Shown here: piece by piece, positions 43,638-53,670 of the stretch
How the letters are laid out: the number at the start of each line of letters is the position of its first letter
Position numbering within the stretch: position 1 is the first letter of the stretch
From: Collinsella sp.
GTDB taxonomy: Bacteria > Actinomycetota > Coriobacteriia > Coriobacteriales > Coriobacteriaceae
Assembly (NCBI GenBank): GCA_048367555.1
Contig: DBGCAP010000001.1
Location: 2,578 to 66,577, forward strand
Length of the DNA: 64,000 bases
Direction: 5' to 3'
Translations under genes and position numbers: made by a program
Notes under the pieces: model-generated
What the model was told of the DNA's origin: nothing
Database searches by the model: none
Seen by the model: only the letters and a program-made list of their open reading frames with translations

Positions 43638-46600
43638 TTAGGCGAAGTAGGCTACGCCGCTCTCAAAGATCGGCATGAACTTGTCGCCGGGGACATGCTC
43701 GGGTACGTTGCGGTACAGGTTGTCGCCGCGACGCTCGGCATGACCCATCTTGCCCAGGACACGGCCGTCGGGGCTCGTGATGCCCTCGATGGCGAGTGCG
43801 GAGCCGTTGGGGTTGACGGAGAGATCCATGCTGGGCTTGCCGTCCTCGCCCACGTACTGCGTGGCGACCTGGCTGTTGGCGATCAGCTGGGCGAGCACTT
43901 CGTCATTGGCGACAAAGCGGCCCTCGCCGTGGCTGATGGCGACGGTGTAGGGGTCGTCCAGGCTGCACTGCGACAGCCACGGGGACAGGTTGGACGAGAT
44001 ACGGGTGCGCACCAGACGGCTCTGATGGCGACCGATGGTGTTGAACGTCAGCGTGGGCGCATCGGGCGTGGCGTCGACGATGTCGCCGTAGGGCACCAGA
44101 CCGAGCTTGATCAGGGCCTGGAAGCCGTTGCAGATGCCCAGCATCAGGCCGTCGCGGGCCTTGAGCAGGTCGCGGACTGCCTCGGTGACCTCGGGAGCGC
44201 GGAAGAACGCCGTGATGAACTTGGCGGAGCCGTCGGGCTCGTCACCGCCCGAGAAGCCGCCGGGGATCATGACGATCTGGCTTGCACGGATGCGGCGGGC
44301 AAGCTCGTGGGTGCTCTCGGCGACGGCCTCGGGCGTGAGGTTGTTGATCACGAAGGTGTCGGCCTCGGCGCCGGCGGCGCGGAAGGCGCGGGCGCTGTCG
44401 TACTCGCAGTTGTTGCCGGGGAACACGGGGATGATCACGCGCGGGCGGGCGATCTTGGCGCCGCCGTACACGTGGATGTCCTTGGCGCGGAAGTCGATGG
44501 TCTCGACCTCGGGGGTCTCGCCGGCGCTGCGGTAGGCGAAGACGCCCTCGATGCCGCTCTCCCAGGCCTCCTGGAGCTCGGAGAGCTCGATGACCTCGGA
44601 GCCGGTGTCGATGACATAGCCCTCGACGGTGGTGCCCAGGGGCTCGACGACAACACCGTCGGCGACCTCGGGCAGCTCGGCATCCTCGGCGAGCTCGACG
44701 ATGAAGCTGCCGTAGAGCGGGGTGAAGAGGCTCTCCACGTCCACATCCTCGGCAAGCTCGATACCGATCTGGTTGCCGACGCACATCTTAAAGAGGCTCT
44801 CGGCGCCGCAGCCGTAGCCGGGCGTGGAGACGGCCAGGGCTGCGCCGGTGGCGGTGAGCGCCTCGACGGCGTCAAACGCGGCGAGCAGCTGATGGGCGTC
44901 GGGGCGGTAGTCCTCGCCATAGGTGGCGGGGGCGATGCGGACGACGCGGTGCGTGAGGCCCTTGAACTCAGGGGAGACGGCGCGGGCGGCCTTACCCACA
45001 GCGACAGCGAAGCTGATCAGGGTCGGCGGAACGTTGAGCTCCCCGGCTTCGTCCTCAAACGAGCCACTCATGGAGTCCTTGCCGCCGATGGCGCCGGCAC
45101 CCAGGTCGACCTGAGCCATAAGGGCGCCCAGGACGGCAGCCATGGGCTTGCCCCAGCGCTCGGCCTCGGTGCGCAGGCGCTCGAAGTACTCCTGGAAGGA
45201 GAGGTAGGTGCGCTTGTGCTCAAAGCCAGCGGCCACGAGCTTGGCGATGGATTCGACCACGGACAGATAGGCGCCCGCAAACTGGTCGGCCTCCATCAGA
45301 TAGGGGTTGAAGCCCCATGCCATGGCACTCGCCGTGGTGGTCTCGCCGTCCACGGGGAACTTGGCGACCATGGCAGAGCTCGGAGTGAGCTGCGTCTTGC
45401 CACCAAAGGGCATGAGCACGGTCGCGGCGCCGATGGTGGAGTCGAAGCGCTCGGAAAGGCCCTTGTTGGAGGCGACGTTAAGATCGGTGACGAGCGAGGT
45501 CATGCGCTCGGCAAGTGTGGTGCCGGTCCAGCTGGGCTGCCACACGCTGCGGGCGCAGACGTGGGCGACCTGGTGCTTGGGTGCACCGTTGGAGTTGAGG
45601 AACTCGCGGGACAGATCGACGATGGCGACGCCGTTCCATGCCATGCGCATGCGCGGCTCGGCGGTAACCTCGGCGATGACGGTTGCCTCCAGGTTCTCCT
45701 CGGCGGCGTAGCCCATGAACTCCTCGACGTCACCGTCGGCGACGGCGCAGGCCATGCGCTCCTGGGACTCGGAAATGGCGAGCTCGGTGCCGTCCAGGCC
45801 GTCGTACTTCTTGGTTACGGTATCAAGGTCGACATACAGGCCGTCGGCAAGCTCGCCCACGGCGACCGAGACGCCGCCGGCGCCAAAGTCGTTGCAGCGC
45901 TTGATCAGACGGCAGGCATCGCCGCGGCGGAACAGACGCTGCAGCTTGCGCTCGACCGGGGCGTTGCCCTTCTGGACCTCGGCACCCGAGGTCTCAATGG
46001 ACTCGGTGTTCTGGGTCTTGGAGGAGCCGGTGGCGCCACCGATGCCGTCACGGCCGGTGCGGCCGCCCAGCAGGATGATCTTGTCGGTGGGGGCGGGGCA
46101 CTCGCGACGAACGTGGTTTGCCGGGGTAGCGCCCACGACGGCGCCAACCTCCATGCGCTTGGCCACGTAACCGGGGTGATAGAGTTCGTTGACCTGGCCG
46201 GTGGCAAGGCCGATCTGGTTGCCATAGCTGGAGTAGCCGGCAGCAGCGGTGGTTACGAGCTTGCGCTGCGGCAACTTGCCTTCGAGCGTCTCGGAAACCG
46301 GGACGGTGGGGTCGCCGGCGCCGGTGACACGCATGGCCTGGTACACGTAGCTGCGGCCCGAGAGCGGGTCGCGGATGGCGCCGCCCACGCAGGTGGCGGC
46401 ACCGCCGAAGGGCTCGATCTCGGTCGGGTGGTTGTGAGTCTCGTTCTTAAAGAGGAACAGCCAGTCCTGGTCCTCGCCATCGACATCGACCTTCACCTTG
46501 ACGGTGCAGGCGTTGATCTCCTCGGATTCGTCGACATCGGTCATGACGCCGGTCTTTTTGAGGTACTTGGCGCCGATGGTGCCCATGTCCATGAGGCAGA

Positions 46601-47384
46601 CGGGCTTGGCGTCGCGACCGAGCTCGTGGCGCATCTCCATGTAGCGGTCGAAGGCCTGCTGCACCACGGCGTCGTCGATCGTCACGTCGTCCAGGACGGT
46701 GCCGAAGGTGGTGTGGCGGCAGTGATCGGACCAGTAGGTGTCGATCACGCGGATCTCGGTGATGGTGGGGTCGCGGTTCTCATCGCGGAAGTACTGCTGG
46801 CAGAAGGCGATGTCCGCCTCGTCCATGGCAAGGCCGCGATCGGCGATAAAGGCGGCAAGGCCGGCTTCGTCGAGCTCGCGGAAGCCGTCGAGCACCTCGA
46901 CGGGCTGGGGCTCGGGGGTCTCCATGTACAGCGTCTCGGGCAGGTCGAGCGAGGCGATGCGCGCCTCGACGGGGTTCACCACGTAGTGCTTGATGGCCTC
47001 GATGGCGGCCTCGTCCAGAGCGCCCGAGATCATATAGACCTTGGCGGAGCGCACGGCGGGGCGCTCGCCCTGGCTGATGAGCTGCACGCACTCGCTGGCG
47101 GAGTCGGCGCGCTGGTCAAACTGGCCAGGCAGGAATTCGACGGCAAAGACGGCGCCATCGCTTGCGGGGAGCTCGTCGTAGGTCACATCGACCTGGGGCT
47201 CGCTAAAGACGGTCGGCACGCAGGAGCGGAAAAGCTCCTCGTCGATGCCCTCGACGTCGTAGCGGTTGATGATCCTCAGGGCCTCGATGCCCTTGATGCC
47301 GAGAATCTCGGTCAGCTCGCCCTTGAGCTGCTGAGCCTCGACGTCGAACCCGGGTTTCTTCTCCACGTAGATACGAGAGACCAT
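43638..47384 (-). CDS. purL: Phosphoribosylformylglycinamidine (FGAM) synthase, single-chain large form
   Basis: 1248 aa with an N-terminal PurS-like region, duplicated AIR-synthase-like domains, and a C-terminal glutaminase domain (GICNGFQAL). RBS GGAAGG. Confidence 0.95.
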   Translation of the reverse strand: MVSRIYVEKKPGFDVEAQQLKGELTEILGIKGIEALRIINRYDVEGIDEELFRSCVPTVFSEPQVDVTYDELPASDGAVFAVEFLPGQFDQRADSASECVQLISQGERPAVRSAKVYMISGALDEAAIEAIKHYVVNPVEARIASLDLPETLYMETPEPQPVEVLDGFRELDEAGLAAFIADRGLAMDEADIAFCQQYFRDENRDPTITEIRVIDTYWSDHCRHTTFGTVLDDVTIDDAVVQQAFDRYMEMRHELGRDAKPVCLMDMGTIGAKYLKKTGVMTDVDESEEINACTVKVKVDVDGEDQDWLFLFKNETHNHPTEIEPFGGAATCVGGAIRDPLSGRSYVYQAMRVTGAGDPTVPVSETLEGKLPQRKLVTTAAAGYSSYGNQIGLATGQVNELYHPGYVAKRMEVGAVVGATPANHVRRECPAPTDKIILLGGRTGRDGIGGATGSSKTQNTESIETSGAEVQKGNAPVERKLQRLFRRGDACRLIKRCNDFGAGGVSVAVGELADGLYVDLDTVTKKYDGLDGTELAISESQERMACAVADGDVEEFMGYAAEENLEATVIAEVTAEPRMRMAWNGVAIVDLSREFLNSNGAPKHQVAHVCARSVWQPSWTGTTLAERMTSLVTDLNVASNKGLSERFDSTIGAATVLMPFGGKTQLTPSSAMVAKFPVDGETTTASAMAWGFNPYLMEADQFAGAYLSVVESIAKLVAAGFEHKRTYLSFQEYFERLRTEAERWGKPMAAVLGALMAQVDLGAGAIGGKDSMSGSFEDEAGELNVPPTLISFAVAVGKAARAVSPEFKGLTHRVVRIAPATYGEDYRPDAHQLLAAFDAVEALTATGAALAVSTPGYGCGAESLFKMCVGNQIGIELAEDVDVESLFTPLYGSFIVELAEDAELPEVADGVVVEPLGTTVEGYVIDTGSEVIELSELQEAWESGIEGVFAYRSAGETPEVETIDFRAKDIHVYGGAKIARPRVIIPVFPGNNCEYDSARAFRAAGAEADTFVINNLTPEAVAESTHELARRIRASQIVMIPGGFSGGDEPDGSAKFITAFFRAPEVTEAVRDLLKARDGLMLGICNGFQALIKLGLVPYGDIVDATPDAPTLTFNTIGRHQSRLVRTRISSNLSPWLSQCSLDDPYTVAISHGEGRFVANDEVLAQLIANSQVATQYVGEDGKPSMDLSVNPNGSALAIEGITSPDGRVLGKMGHAERRGDNLYRNVPEHVPGDKFMPIFESGVAYFA

Positions 47385-47568
47385 TGGTTCCTGCCTTCCT
47401 GATCGGTTGGGCGTACGGTACGGTATGCGGCAGCGGTCGGTTTACGGGGCAAGCCTCGCGGTCGCCTTGAGCCACATGTTTGTAAACGTCACTATGATAC
47501 GACAGCTCGCGGCGCGTTGAGGACGGCGAGGGTGCTACAGTGAAGCGCAAACAAGAGAAAGGCATCAC

Positions 47569-49131
47569 ATGGCATTTGTTTCGCTCGCCATCATCGCACT
47601 CGTGGCCTTTGCAAGCCCCTTCATCGCCTCGGCGATTCCTGGAAAACCCGTTCCCGAAACGGTCTTTTTGCTCGTGTTCGGCGCGGTGCTGGGACCTCAT
47701 ATGCTCGGCGTCATCCATGTAGATGCCGAGGTCTCGCTTGTGTCCGAGCTCGGTCTGGCCTTTTTGTTCCTGCTTGCCGGCTTTGAGATCGATCCCAAGA
47801 ACATCACGGGCGTCGAGGGGCGCTACGGTATGGCGACGTGGGTCGTCACGTTTGGCATCGCCTGGCTTGCCGTGCGCTTTACCCCGTGGTTCTCGGTCAG
47901 CCATTTCGATGGTATCGCCGTGACGCTCGCCTTGACCTCGACGGCGCTTGGAGCGCTCATGCCCATCTTGCGCGAGCGATTGCTTGCCGGAACGCGCGTC
48001 GGTGATTCGATTCTCGCCTATGGTACGTGGGGCGAGCTCGGCCCCGTGCTCGCCATGTCGGTACTGCTGTCTGCCCGTACGGGTATCGAGACGCTGCTGA
48101 TCTTGGGCTTATTTGCCGCCGTGTGCGTGCTGCTTGCCGTGGTCCCCGGCCGCTCCAAACGCATCGGCAGTCGTTTTTTCGCCTTTATTCAGGAGCGCGC
48201 CGATACCACATCGCAGACGTTCGTGCGCCTGACGGTGCTTATTTTGGTCACGCTCGTGGCGTTTTCCGCCATTTTTAGCCTCGATATCGTGTTGGGCGCT
48301 TTTGCCGCCGGTTTTGTCCTGCGCTATATCATCCCCGAGGGTAATCATACGCTCGAGCTTAAGCTCGATGGCCTGGCCTATGGCTTTTTAATCCCGGTGT
48401 TCTTTACCGTGTCGGGCGCAAAGATCGATCTGACGGCCGTGGTGTCGCGCCCCGCGCTGCTCGTGGGCTTTATCGTGGCGCTGCTGATCATTCGCGCGGT
48501 GCCGATCCTTGTCTCTATGAGCATTTGTCCCGCGACGCGCGATGTTTCGGCGCATGGCCGCATTACCGTGGCCCTGTACTGCACTACGGCGCTGCCGATC
48601 ATCGTTGCTGTGACGAGCGTGGCCGTCAACGCAGGCGCTCTTTCGCAAAATGTCGCCTCGGTTATGGTGGCCGCCGGTGCCATCACGGTGTTTTTGATGC
48701 CGCTGCTCGCGCAGCTCTTCTACCGCGTGGTCGATGCCGCGCCGGTCGCTGCCGTGGCAGAGGTTGCCGAGCATCCATCCGATGCACTTGACATCCTGCG
48801 CGCCCATCACGATTTGGCGAGCCTGCTCGCACGCGAGCATGAGCTTTTGACCTCGCATGGCCATGGGCGTTCGCTCGACGGCATACCTACCCTTGATTCC
48901 ATTGCCGACCGCCTCTCGACCGAGGCGGCAAACGGGCACATCGATGCCCGTATCGTGGACGCCGCTCATTTGCTGGCCGAGAAGACCTATGGCGACGAGA
49001 TCGACCCGTCCAAGCTGACTCCGCGCGAGCGTCGCCGCCTGGAGCGCGCCAAGCTCGCCGTGCGCGAATACCGCCGCCGCATGCTGGAGCTCTATGCAAG
49101 AGAAGAAGCCGAGGACGACGACGGCAAGTAG
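47569..49131 (+). CDS. Cation:proton antiporter (CPA/Na_H_Exchanger family) with a ~130-aa cytoplasmic C-terminal extension
   Basis: Multi-TM core with ELGLAFLLFLAGFEID-type motifs, and a charged coiled C-terminal tail. Confidence 0.85.
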   Translation: MAFVSLAIIALVAFASPFIASAIPGKPVPETVFLLVFGAVLGPHMLGVIHVDAEVSLVSELGLAFLFLLAGFEIDPKNITGVEGRYGMATWVVTFGIAWLAVRFTPWFSVSHFDGIAVTLALTSTALGALMPILRERLLAGTRVGDSILAYGTWGELGPVLAMSVLLSARTGIETLLILGLFAAVCVLLAVVPGRSKRIGSRFFAFIQERADTTSQTFVRLTVLILVTLVAFSAIFSLDIVLGAFAAGFVLRYIIPEGNHTLELKLDGLAYGFLIPVFFTVSGAKIDLTAVVSRPALLVGFIVALLIIRAVPILVSMSICPATRDVSAHGRITVALYCTTALPIIVAVTSVAVNAGALSQNVASVMVAAGAITVFLMPLLAQLFYRVVDAAPVAAVAEVAEHPSDALDILRAHHDLASLLAREHELLTSHGHGRSLDGIPTLDSIADRLSTEAANGHIDARIVDAAHLLAEKTYGDEIDPSKLTPRERRRLERAKLAVREYRRRMLELYAREEAEDDDGK

Positions 49132-49170
49132 CAAGGAATGTCGGGATACGGGTTCCGTCCAAATAATAGA

Positions 49171-49212
49171 AGGCGCGCTGCCTGCGGTTGATGCGGGCAG
49201 CGCGCCTTTTGC
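49171..49212 (+). terminator. Rho-independent terminator after the antiporter gene
   Basis: GGCGCGCTGCC-(14 nt)-GGCAGCGCGCC followed by TTTTG. Confidence 0.65.
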
Positions 49213-49252
49213 GTTGAACTCTGTTGAGGTTCGAAGCCGAAACTTTCGACCT

Positions 49253-50002
49253 TTAGGAGCGGGCTGCCCCGTCGACGGGGAGGATGGCGCCCGTGACATA
49301 GGAGGACATGTCGCTCGCAAGGAAAACGAAGGCGTTGGCAACGTCCTCGGGCTCGCCCATGCGACCGAGCGGAATAGTGGCGATGATGGGCTTGATGACC
49401 TCTTCGGGCAGGTTGGCGACCATATCGGTCTTGGTTACGCCTGGGGCAACGGCGTTGACGCGAATGCCCATGGGGGCGAGCTCGCGCGAGAGCGACTGGA
49501 CCATGCCGTTGACGGCAAACTTAGACGTGGGGTAGCCGACGCCAGAGGGCTGGCCGTACTTGGCGACCATCGAGCTTGTGGTAGTGATGGTGCCGCCGTG
49601 GCCGGCCTCGGTCATGATCTTGGCGGCAGCCTGGTGACCGTTAAAGACGGCGACGACGTTGAGGTCCATAACTTTGGCGAACTCCTCGGCTGTATAGTCC
49701 AAAAGGGGTGAGCGCTGGGAGATTCCGGCGTTGTTGACGACCGTATCGAGACCGCCCATATCGGCTGCAGCCTGGGTAAAGGCCTCGGTCACGGCTTCGA
49801 GTGAGGTGAGGTCGCAGGAGCGACCCCAGACCTTGGCGTCGGGATAGACGGCTGTCAGCTTCTCAACGGCTGCATCGGCAGTCTCCTGGCGCGAGCCAAA
49901 GACGGTGACGGCGGCACCCTCCTCGATAAAACGGCAGGCGATGGCATAGCCGATACCGCGTGTGCCTCCGGTGATGATTGCTTTCTTGCTCTCGAGCAAC
50001 AT
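49253..50002 (-). CDS. Short-chain dehydrogenase/reductase (FabG-like)
   Basis: TGGTRGIG cofactor motif, NNAG, and the S...YxxxK catalytic pattern (YPTSK). The start is reassigned to ATG 50000-50002 with RBS GGAGG. Confidence 0.9.
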   Translation of the reverse strand: MLLESKKAIITGGTRGIGYAIACRFIEEGAAVTVFGSRQETADAAVEKLTAVYPDAKVWGRSCDLTSLEAVTEAFTQAAADMGGLDTVVNNAGISQRSPLLDYTAEEFAKVMDLNVVAVFNGHQAAAKIMTEAGHGGTITTTSSMVAKYGQPSGVGYPTSKFAVNGMVQSLSRELAPMGIRVNAVAPGVTKTDMVANLPEEVIKPIIATIPLGRMGEPEDVANAFVFLASDMSSYVTGAILPVDGAARS

Positions 50003-50162
50003 GGCGCCTCCATTCTTCGGGGGTGGACGTACGCAGCACAGGATAGCGGCGGACAAAAGCAAACATGCCTGCTTATCGGTGAGCGGTATCCCTGGTTGAC
50101 ACCGAACGGTCAAATTGTTCAAACGCGGATCGCGTCAATGCGCCCCGAGCGTGCAAATAAAA

Positions 50163-50192
50163 GGGCTCCCGTCCAAGACCAGACGGGAGCCC
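50163..50192 (-). terminator. Rho-independent terminator of hom
   Basis: The minus strand reads GGGCTCCCGTC-tggtcttg-GACGGGAGCCC followed by TTTTATTT. Confidence 0.65.
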
Positions 50193-50225
50193 TTCGAGCA
50201 AATGCGTTGTGGGGTGTAAACCGAA

Positions 50226-51569
50226 CTAGTTGGCCATGACGCCTTCGGTCCAGGCCTCGACGTCCTCGATGCGCAGGACGTTGGCGACCTCGGCCACGCA
50301 GTCGACGCTGGCAAGCTCCGCGGCGGCAGCCTGGACGTCCTTCTCGAGTGCGCGGTGCGTCAGGAAGATGACCGAGCAGGCATCGCTGACACCTGACTTG
50401 CCGTCCTCGACTTGGTTGATGAGCGAGATCGAAATGTTGTGCTTGGCAAAGATCTCGACCGTCTCGGACAGGGCGCCCACGCGGTCGGCGACCTTCAGGC
50501 GCACATAGTACTTGGTCTGGAGCTCGTCCATGGGCTTAAAGGCGAGGTTGTGACCATAGGGCTCAATCTCGGGCAGCGGAGCCACGCCCCGGCTGATCTG
50601 CTCGGAGAGCGACAGGATATCGCCCACGACGGCGCTCGCGGTGGGGAAGGAGCCTGCGCCGGCACCGTAGAACATGGTCTCGCCCACGGCGTCGCCCACT
50701 ACGTAAACAGCGTTCATGGCGCCGTTGACCTTGGCAAGCATGTGATCGGCGGGGATCAGCGTGGGATGCACGCGGACGTCGACGCCGGCGTCGGTGTTGC
50801 GGGCGATGCCGAGCAGCTTAATGGTGTAGCCGAGCTCGCGGGCCTGGGCGATGTCCTCGGCGCCGATGGTGCGGATACCCTGCTGGTACACATCGTCGGT
50901 GGTAACGCGGGTGCCAAAGCCGATGGAGGCGAGGATGGCCGTCTTGCTGGCGGCGTCGAAGCCGTCGACGTCGGCGGACGGGTCGGCCTCGGCATAGCCC
51001 TTGGCCTGCGCGTCGGCGAGCACGTCGGCGTAATCGGCGCCCTCGGCGTCCATGCGCGACAGGATATAGTTGGTGGTGCCGTTGAGGATGCCGGCGATGG
51101 TCAGGATCTTGTTGCCCACCAGGTCGTGCTCAAGCGTGCTCACGATGGGGATGCCGCCGCCGCAACTGGCCTCGCACTTAATCTGCACGCCGCACGCACG
51201 CGCCTTCTCGGCAAGCGTCTCGACGTGACGGCCCAGCAGGGCCTTGTTGGCAGAGACGACGTGCTTGCCGTGCTCAAAGGCAGTGGTAAAGATCTCGGTT
51301 GCGGGATGCTCGCCGCCGATCAGCTCGACGACGATGTCGACGGCGGGGTCGGTGACGACGTCGTGCCAGTCACTCGTAAAGGCCTCGCGCTCAATGCCTG
51401 CCGACTCGGCCTGCTCCCAAGCAAGCGCGCAGGCGCGGGTCAGCTTAAGGTCGATGCCGTAGGCTGCCAGGTACTCATCGTGGTGGCTCTTGATCAGACG
51501 GGCCACGCCGCCGCCGACGGTTCCCAGACCGATGAGGCCGACGTTCACGGTGCGCAGGGATTCGCTCAT
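50226..51569 (-). CDS. hom: Homoserine dehydrogenase with a C-terminal ACT domain
   Basis: GLGTVGGGV NAD-binding motif, the homoserine-DH catalytic domain (ANKALL, GILNGTTNYIL), and an ACT domain at the C-terminus. RBS GAAGGAG. Confidence 0.92.
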   Translation of the reverse strand: MSESLRTVNVGLIGLGTVGGGVARLIKSHHDEYLAAYGIDLKLTRACALAWEQAESAGIEREAFTSDWHDVVTDPAVDIVVELIGGEHPATEIFTTAFEHGKHVVSANKALLGRHVETLAEKARACGVQIKCEASCGGGIPIVSTLEHDLVGNKILTIAGILNGTTNYILSRMDAEGADYADVLADAQAKGYAEADPSADVDGFDAASKTAILASIGFGTRVTTDDVYQQGIRTIGAEDIAQARELGYTIKLLGIARNTDAGVDVRVHPTLIPADHMLAKVNGAMNAVYVVGDAVGETMFYGAGAGSFPTASAVVGDILSLSEQISRGVAPLPEIEPYGHNLAFKPMDELQTKYYVRLKVADRVGALSETVEIFAKHNISISLINQVEDGKSGVSDACSVIFLTHRALEKDVQAAAAELASVDCVAEVANVLRIEDVEAWTEGVMAN

Positions 51570-51766
51570 AGATAGCTCCTTCGTGCATCTTATGGATGGA
51601 TTAACCGCTTAAAGGTTGAGTGCATTCTAGCGTGAACCGAGGGCGCGTGCTCGCCAGTTAACAGGAGTCGCACAAAACGGCACCCCCGAAACGCTGCGGA
51701 AACATTGGAAACACGCTCGCTACAAACGAACTTCCGTAACAAACTGTCAACGTTTGCACCATAAGG

Positions 51767-52072
51767 TTTGCCCTGTGCGGCTGGGTCATGCAGGCGCTCG
51801 TCGGCCCCGTCACCACCGGTGCCGCCGTCGCCGTCTCGGGCGAGATCGCCGATGCCTTTGCCGAGCAGGCCAAGGCATCCAAGCTCGACATCGTCGATAC
51901 CGAGACCTTTAAGGACGACTCCTCCACGAGCTTTATCAACCAGCCGACCAAGGCCATGCGGAAGATCAAGATCGAGGGCCTGACGGGCGAGCTGACGTGG
52001 AACGACAAGGGCCAGGTTGAAAAGCCCGCTACGGCATATGTGATTCAGGACGGCAAGTACATCGCCGCCTAG
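51767..52072 (+). pseudogene. Collapsed remnant of a paralogous branched-chain-amino-acid-type substrate-binding protein
   Basis: Three in-frame blocks match distant parts of the intact SBP at 52344-53531: WVMQALVGPVTTGAAVAV vs WGMQALVGPTTTGASVAV; AEQAKASKLDIVDTETFKDDSSTSFINQPTKA vs AQAAESKLEIVDEETFKDDSATSFTNQLTKA; GLTGELTWNDKGQVEKPATAYVIQDGKYIAA vs GLTGKLTWNDKGQVQKEPTAYVITDGKYVQA. There is no signal peptide or lipobox. Confidence 0.7.
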
Positions 52073-52343
52073 GTGCGTACAAAACGCGACCGGTGAGGCT
52101 GTTTTAATCAGGGCAGGGGCGCTTGTAGCAGAATGGAAATATTACTTTCACACAATAAAGTGGCTAAACTGTATAAACCGATAGAAATACGCATAATTAT
52201 GGATAAATGGACAAAGCAAAAGAAAAGTTGAAATAATCGCCACTTTTCTCAACTAAAGCGTCTACTATTTTGCGAACGCCGAACACGGCGAAGGATGGCC
52301 TGTCGGGTACCCGAAACCCGACGAGATTTGAGAGGAGAGCCGC

Positions 52344-53531
52344 ATGTCGAGCCTCACCGGTAAGTCATTGAACCCTGTTATGAATCGCAGGAGCGTTATC
52401 GCGAGCGCAGCAGGTCTGGGGGCGATGTCCATTCTAGCTGGCTGCTCCTCCAACGGCGGCGACAGCGGTTCCGCGTCGGGCGACGCTTCGTTTAAGATTG
52501 GCACCATCGGCCCGCTGACCGGCGCCAACGCGTCCTACGGCAAGTCCGTTACCCAGGGTGTCGAGCTTGGCTGCAAGGATTTCTCGACCAAGGAGCTGCC
52601 GCTTGCCAGCAAGGCCGAGGATGACCAGGCCGACGGCGAGAAGGCCGTCAACGCCTTCAACACCCTGCTCGACTGGGGCATGCAGGCCCTCGTCGGTCCG
52701 ACCACCACGGGTGCGTCGGTTGCCGTTGCCGCAGAGTGCGGTAACGACCCCAAGACGTTCATGATCACCCCGTCCGCGTCCTCCGAGGACGTCACCGACG
52801 GCAAGGATTGCGTCTTCCAGGTTTGCTTCACCGACCCCAACCAGGGTGTCAACGCTGCCAAGTTCCTGGCAGAGAAATATGCGGACGAGAAGTTCGTGCT
52901 GTTCTATAACTCCGGCGACGCCTATTCTTCGGGCATCGCAGATTCCTTTAAGGCCCAGGCCGCTGAGTCCAAGCTCGAGATTGTCGACGAGGAGACCTTT
53001 AAGGACGACTCCGCCACGAGCTTTACCAACCAGCTGACCAAGGCCAAGCAGGCCGGCGCCACCATGATCTTTGCGCCGATCTACTACACGCCGGCGTCCG
53101 TCCTGCTCAAGAACGCCAAGGACATGGGCTACGACGTCAAGATGATGGGCTGCGATGGCATGGACGGCATCCTGGGCGTTGAGGGTTTCGACACCTCTCT
53201 TGCCGAGGGTCTGCTACTCATGACCCCGTTCTCCGCCGACGACGAGAAGAACGCCGACTTCGTTAACGCTTACAAGGATAAGTACGGCGATACCCCCGAC
53301 CAGTTTGCCGCCGACGCCTACGACGGCGTGCACGCGGTGGCCGAGGCCGTCAAGGAGGCCGGTCTTGGTGTCGACGCCGATCCGACCGAGGCCGCCGAGA
53401 AACTGTCGAAGGCTATGCTCAAGATTACCGTTGACGGTCTGACCGGTAAGCTCACCTGGAACGATAAGGGCCAGGTCCAGAAGGAGCCCACGGCGTACGT
53501 CATCACCGACGGCAAGTACGTACAGGCCTAA
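52344..53531 (+). CDS. ABC transporter substrate-binding lipoprotein (LivJ/Peripla_BP_6 type, branched-chain amino acids)
   Basis: Lipobox LAGCSS and the type-I periplasmic-binding fold pattern. RBS GAGAGGAG. It is followed by livHMGF-type genes. Confidence 0.9.
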   Translation: MSSLTGKSLNPVMNRRSVIASAAGLGAMSILAGCSSNGGDSGSASGDASFKIGTIGPLTGANASYGKSVTQGVELGCKDFSTKELPLASKAEDDQADGEKAVNAFNTLLDWGMQALVGPTTTGASVAVAAECGNDPKTFMITPSASSEDVTDGKDCVFQVCFTDPNQGVNAAKFLAEKYADEKFVLFYNSGDAYSSGIADSFKAQAAESKLEIVDEETFKDDSATSFTNQLTKAKQAGATMIFAPIYYTPASVLLKNAKDMGYDVKMMGCDGMDGILGVEGFDTSLAEGLLLMTPFSADDEKNADFVNAYKDKYGDTPDQFAADAYDGVHAVAEAVKEAGLGVDADPTEAAEKLSKAMLKITVDGLTGKLTWNDKGQVQKEPTAYVITDGKYVQA

Positions 53532-53561
53532 TTGGCCGCCTTACATAGAGCGGTTTTGATC

Positions 53562-53599
53562 CCAAGCAGGGGAGGTTTTGGCCTTCCCTGCTTGCTTGG
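53562..53599 (+). terminator. Hairpin between the SBP and permease genes (possible partial terminator setting SBP:permease stoichiometry)
   Basis: CCAAGCAGGGGAGG-ttttgg-CCTTCCCTGCTTG(C)TTGG. Confidence 0.45.
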
Positions 53600-53670
53600 T
53601 ATCTAGGGACGATGTAACGTCCCTGTTTCATACATTAACTGGAAACCTATTCGAAAGGGGGATGTGGAAC

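Noticed and set aside
43302-47402. 1366-aa ORF on the + strand
   Set aside because: It is fully antisense to purL. The translation is low-complexity (G/A/V/L/D-rich) with no recognisable domain and no RBS. This is a typical shadow ORF in high-GC DNA, and the purL assignment on the minus strand is unambiguous.
47385-47568. Possible purine-responsive (ZTP or purine) riboswitch in the purL leader
   Set aside because: I could not find the conserved pfl/ZTP core (…CCGGGCGGA… / …CGCCTGGGC…) or a purine-riboswitch three-way junction when reading the minus strand. Only an Infernal scan could settle it.
51570-52343. T-box or attenuator leader for hom or the liv operon
   Set aside because: No specifier-loop or T-box (AGGGUGGNACCGCG-like) sequence was recognised. 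The region is better explained by the SBP pseudogene plus an AT-rich promoter region.
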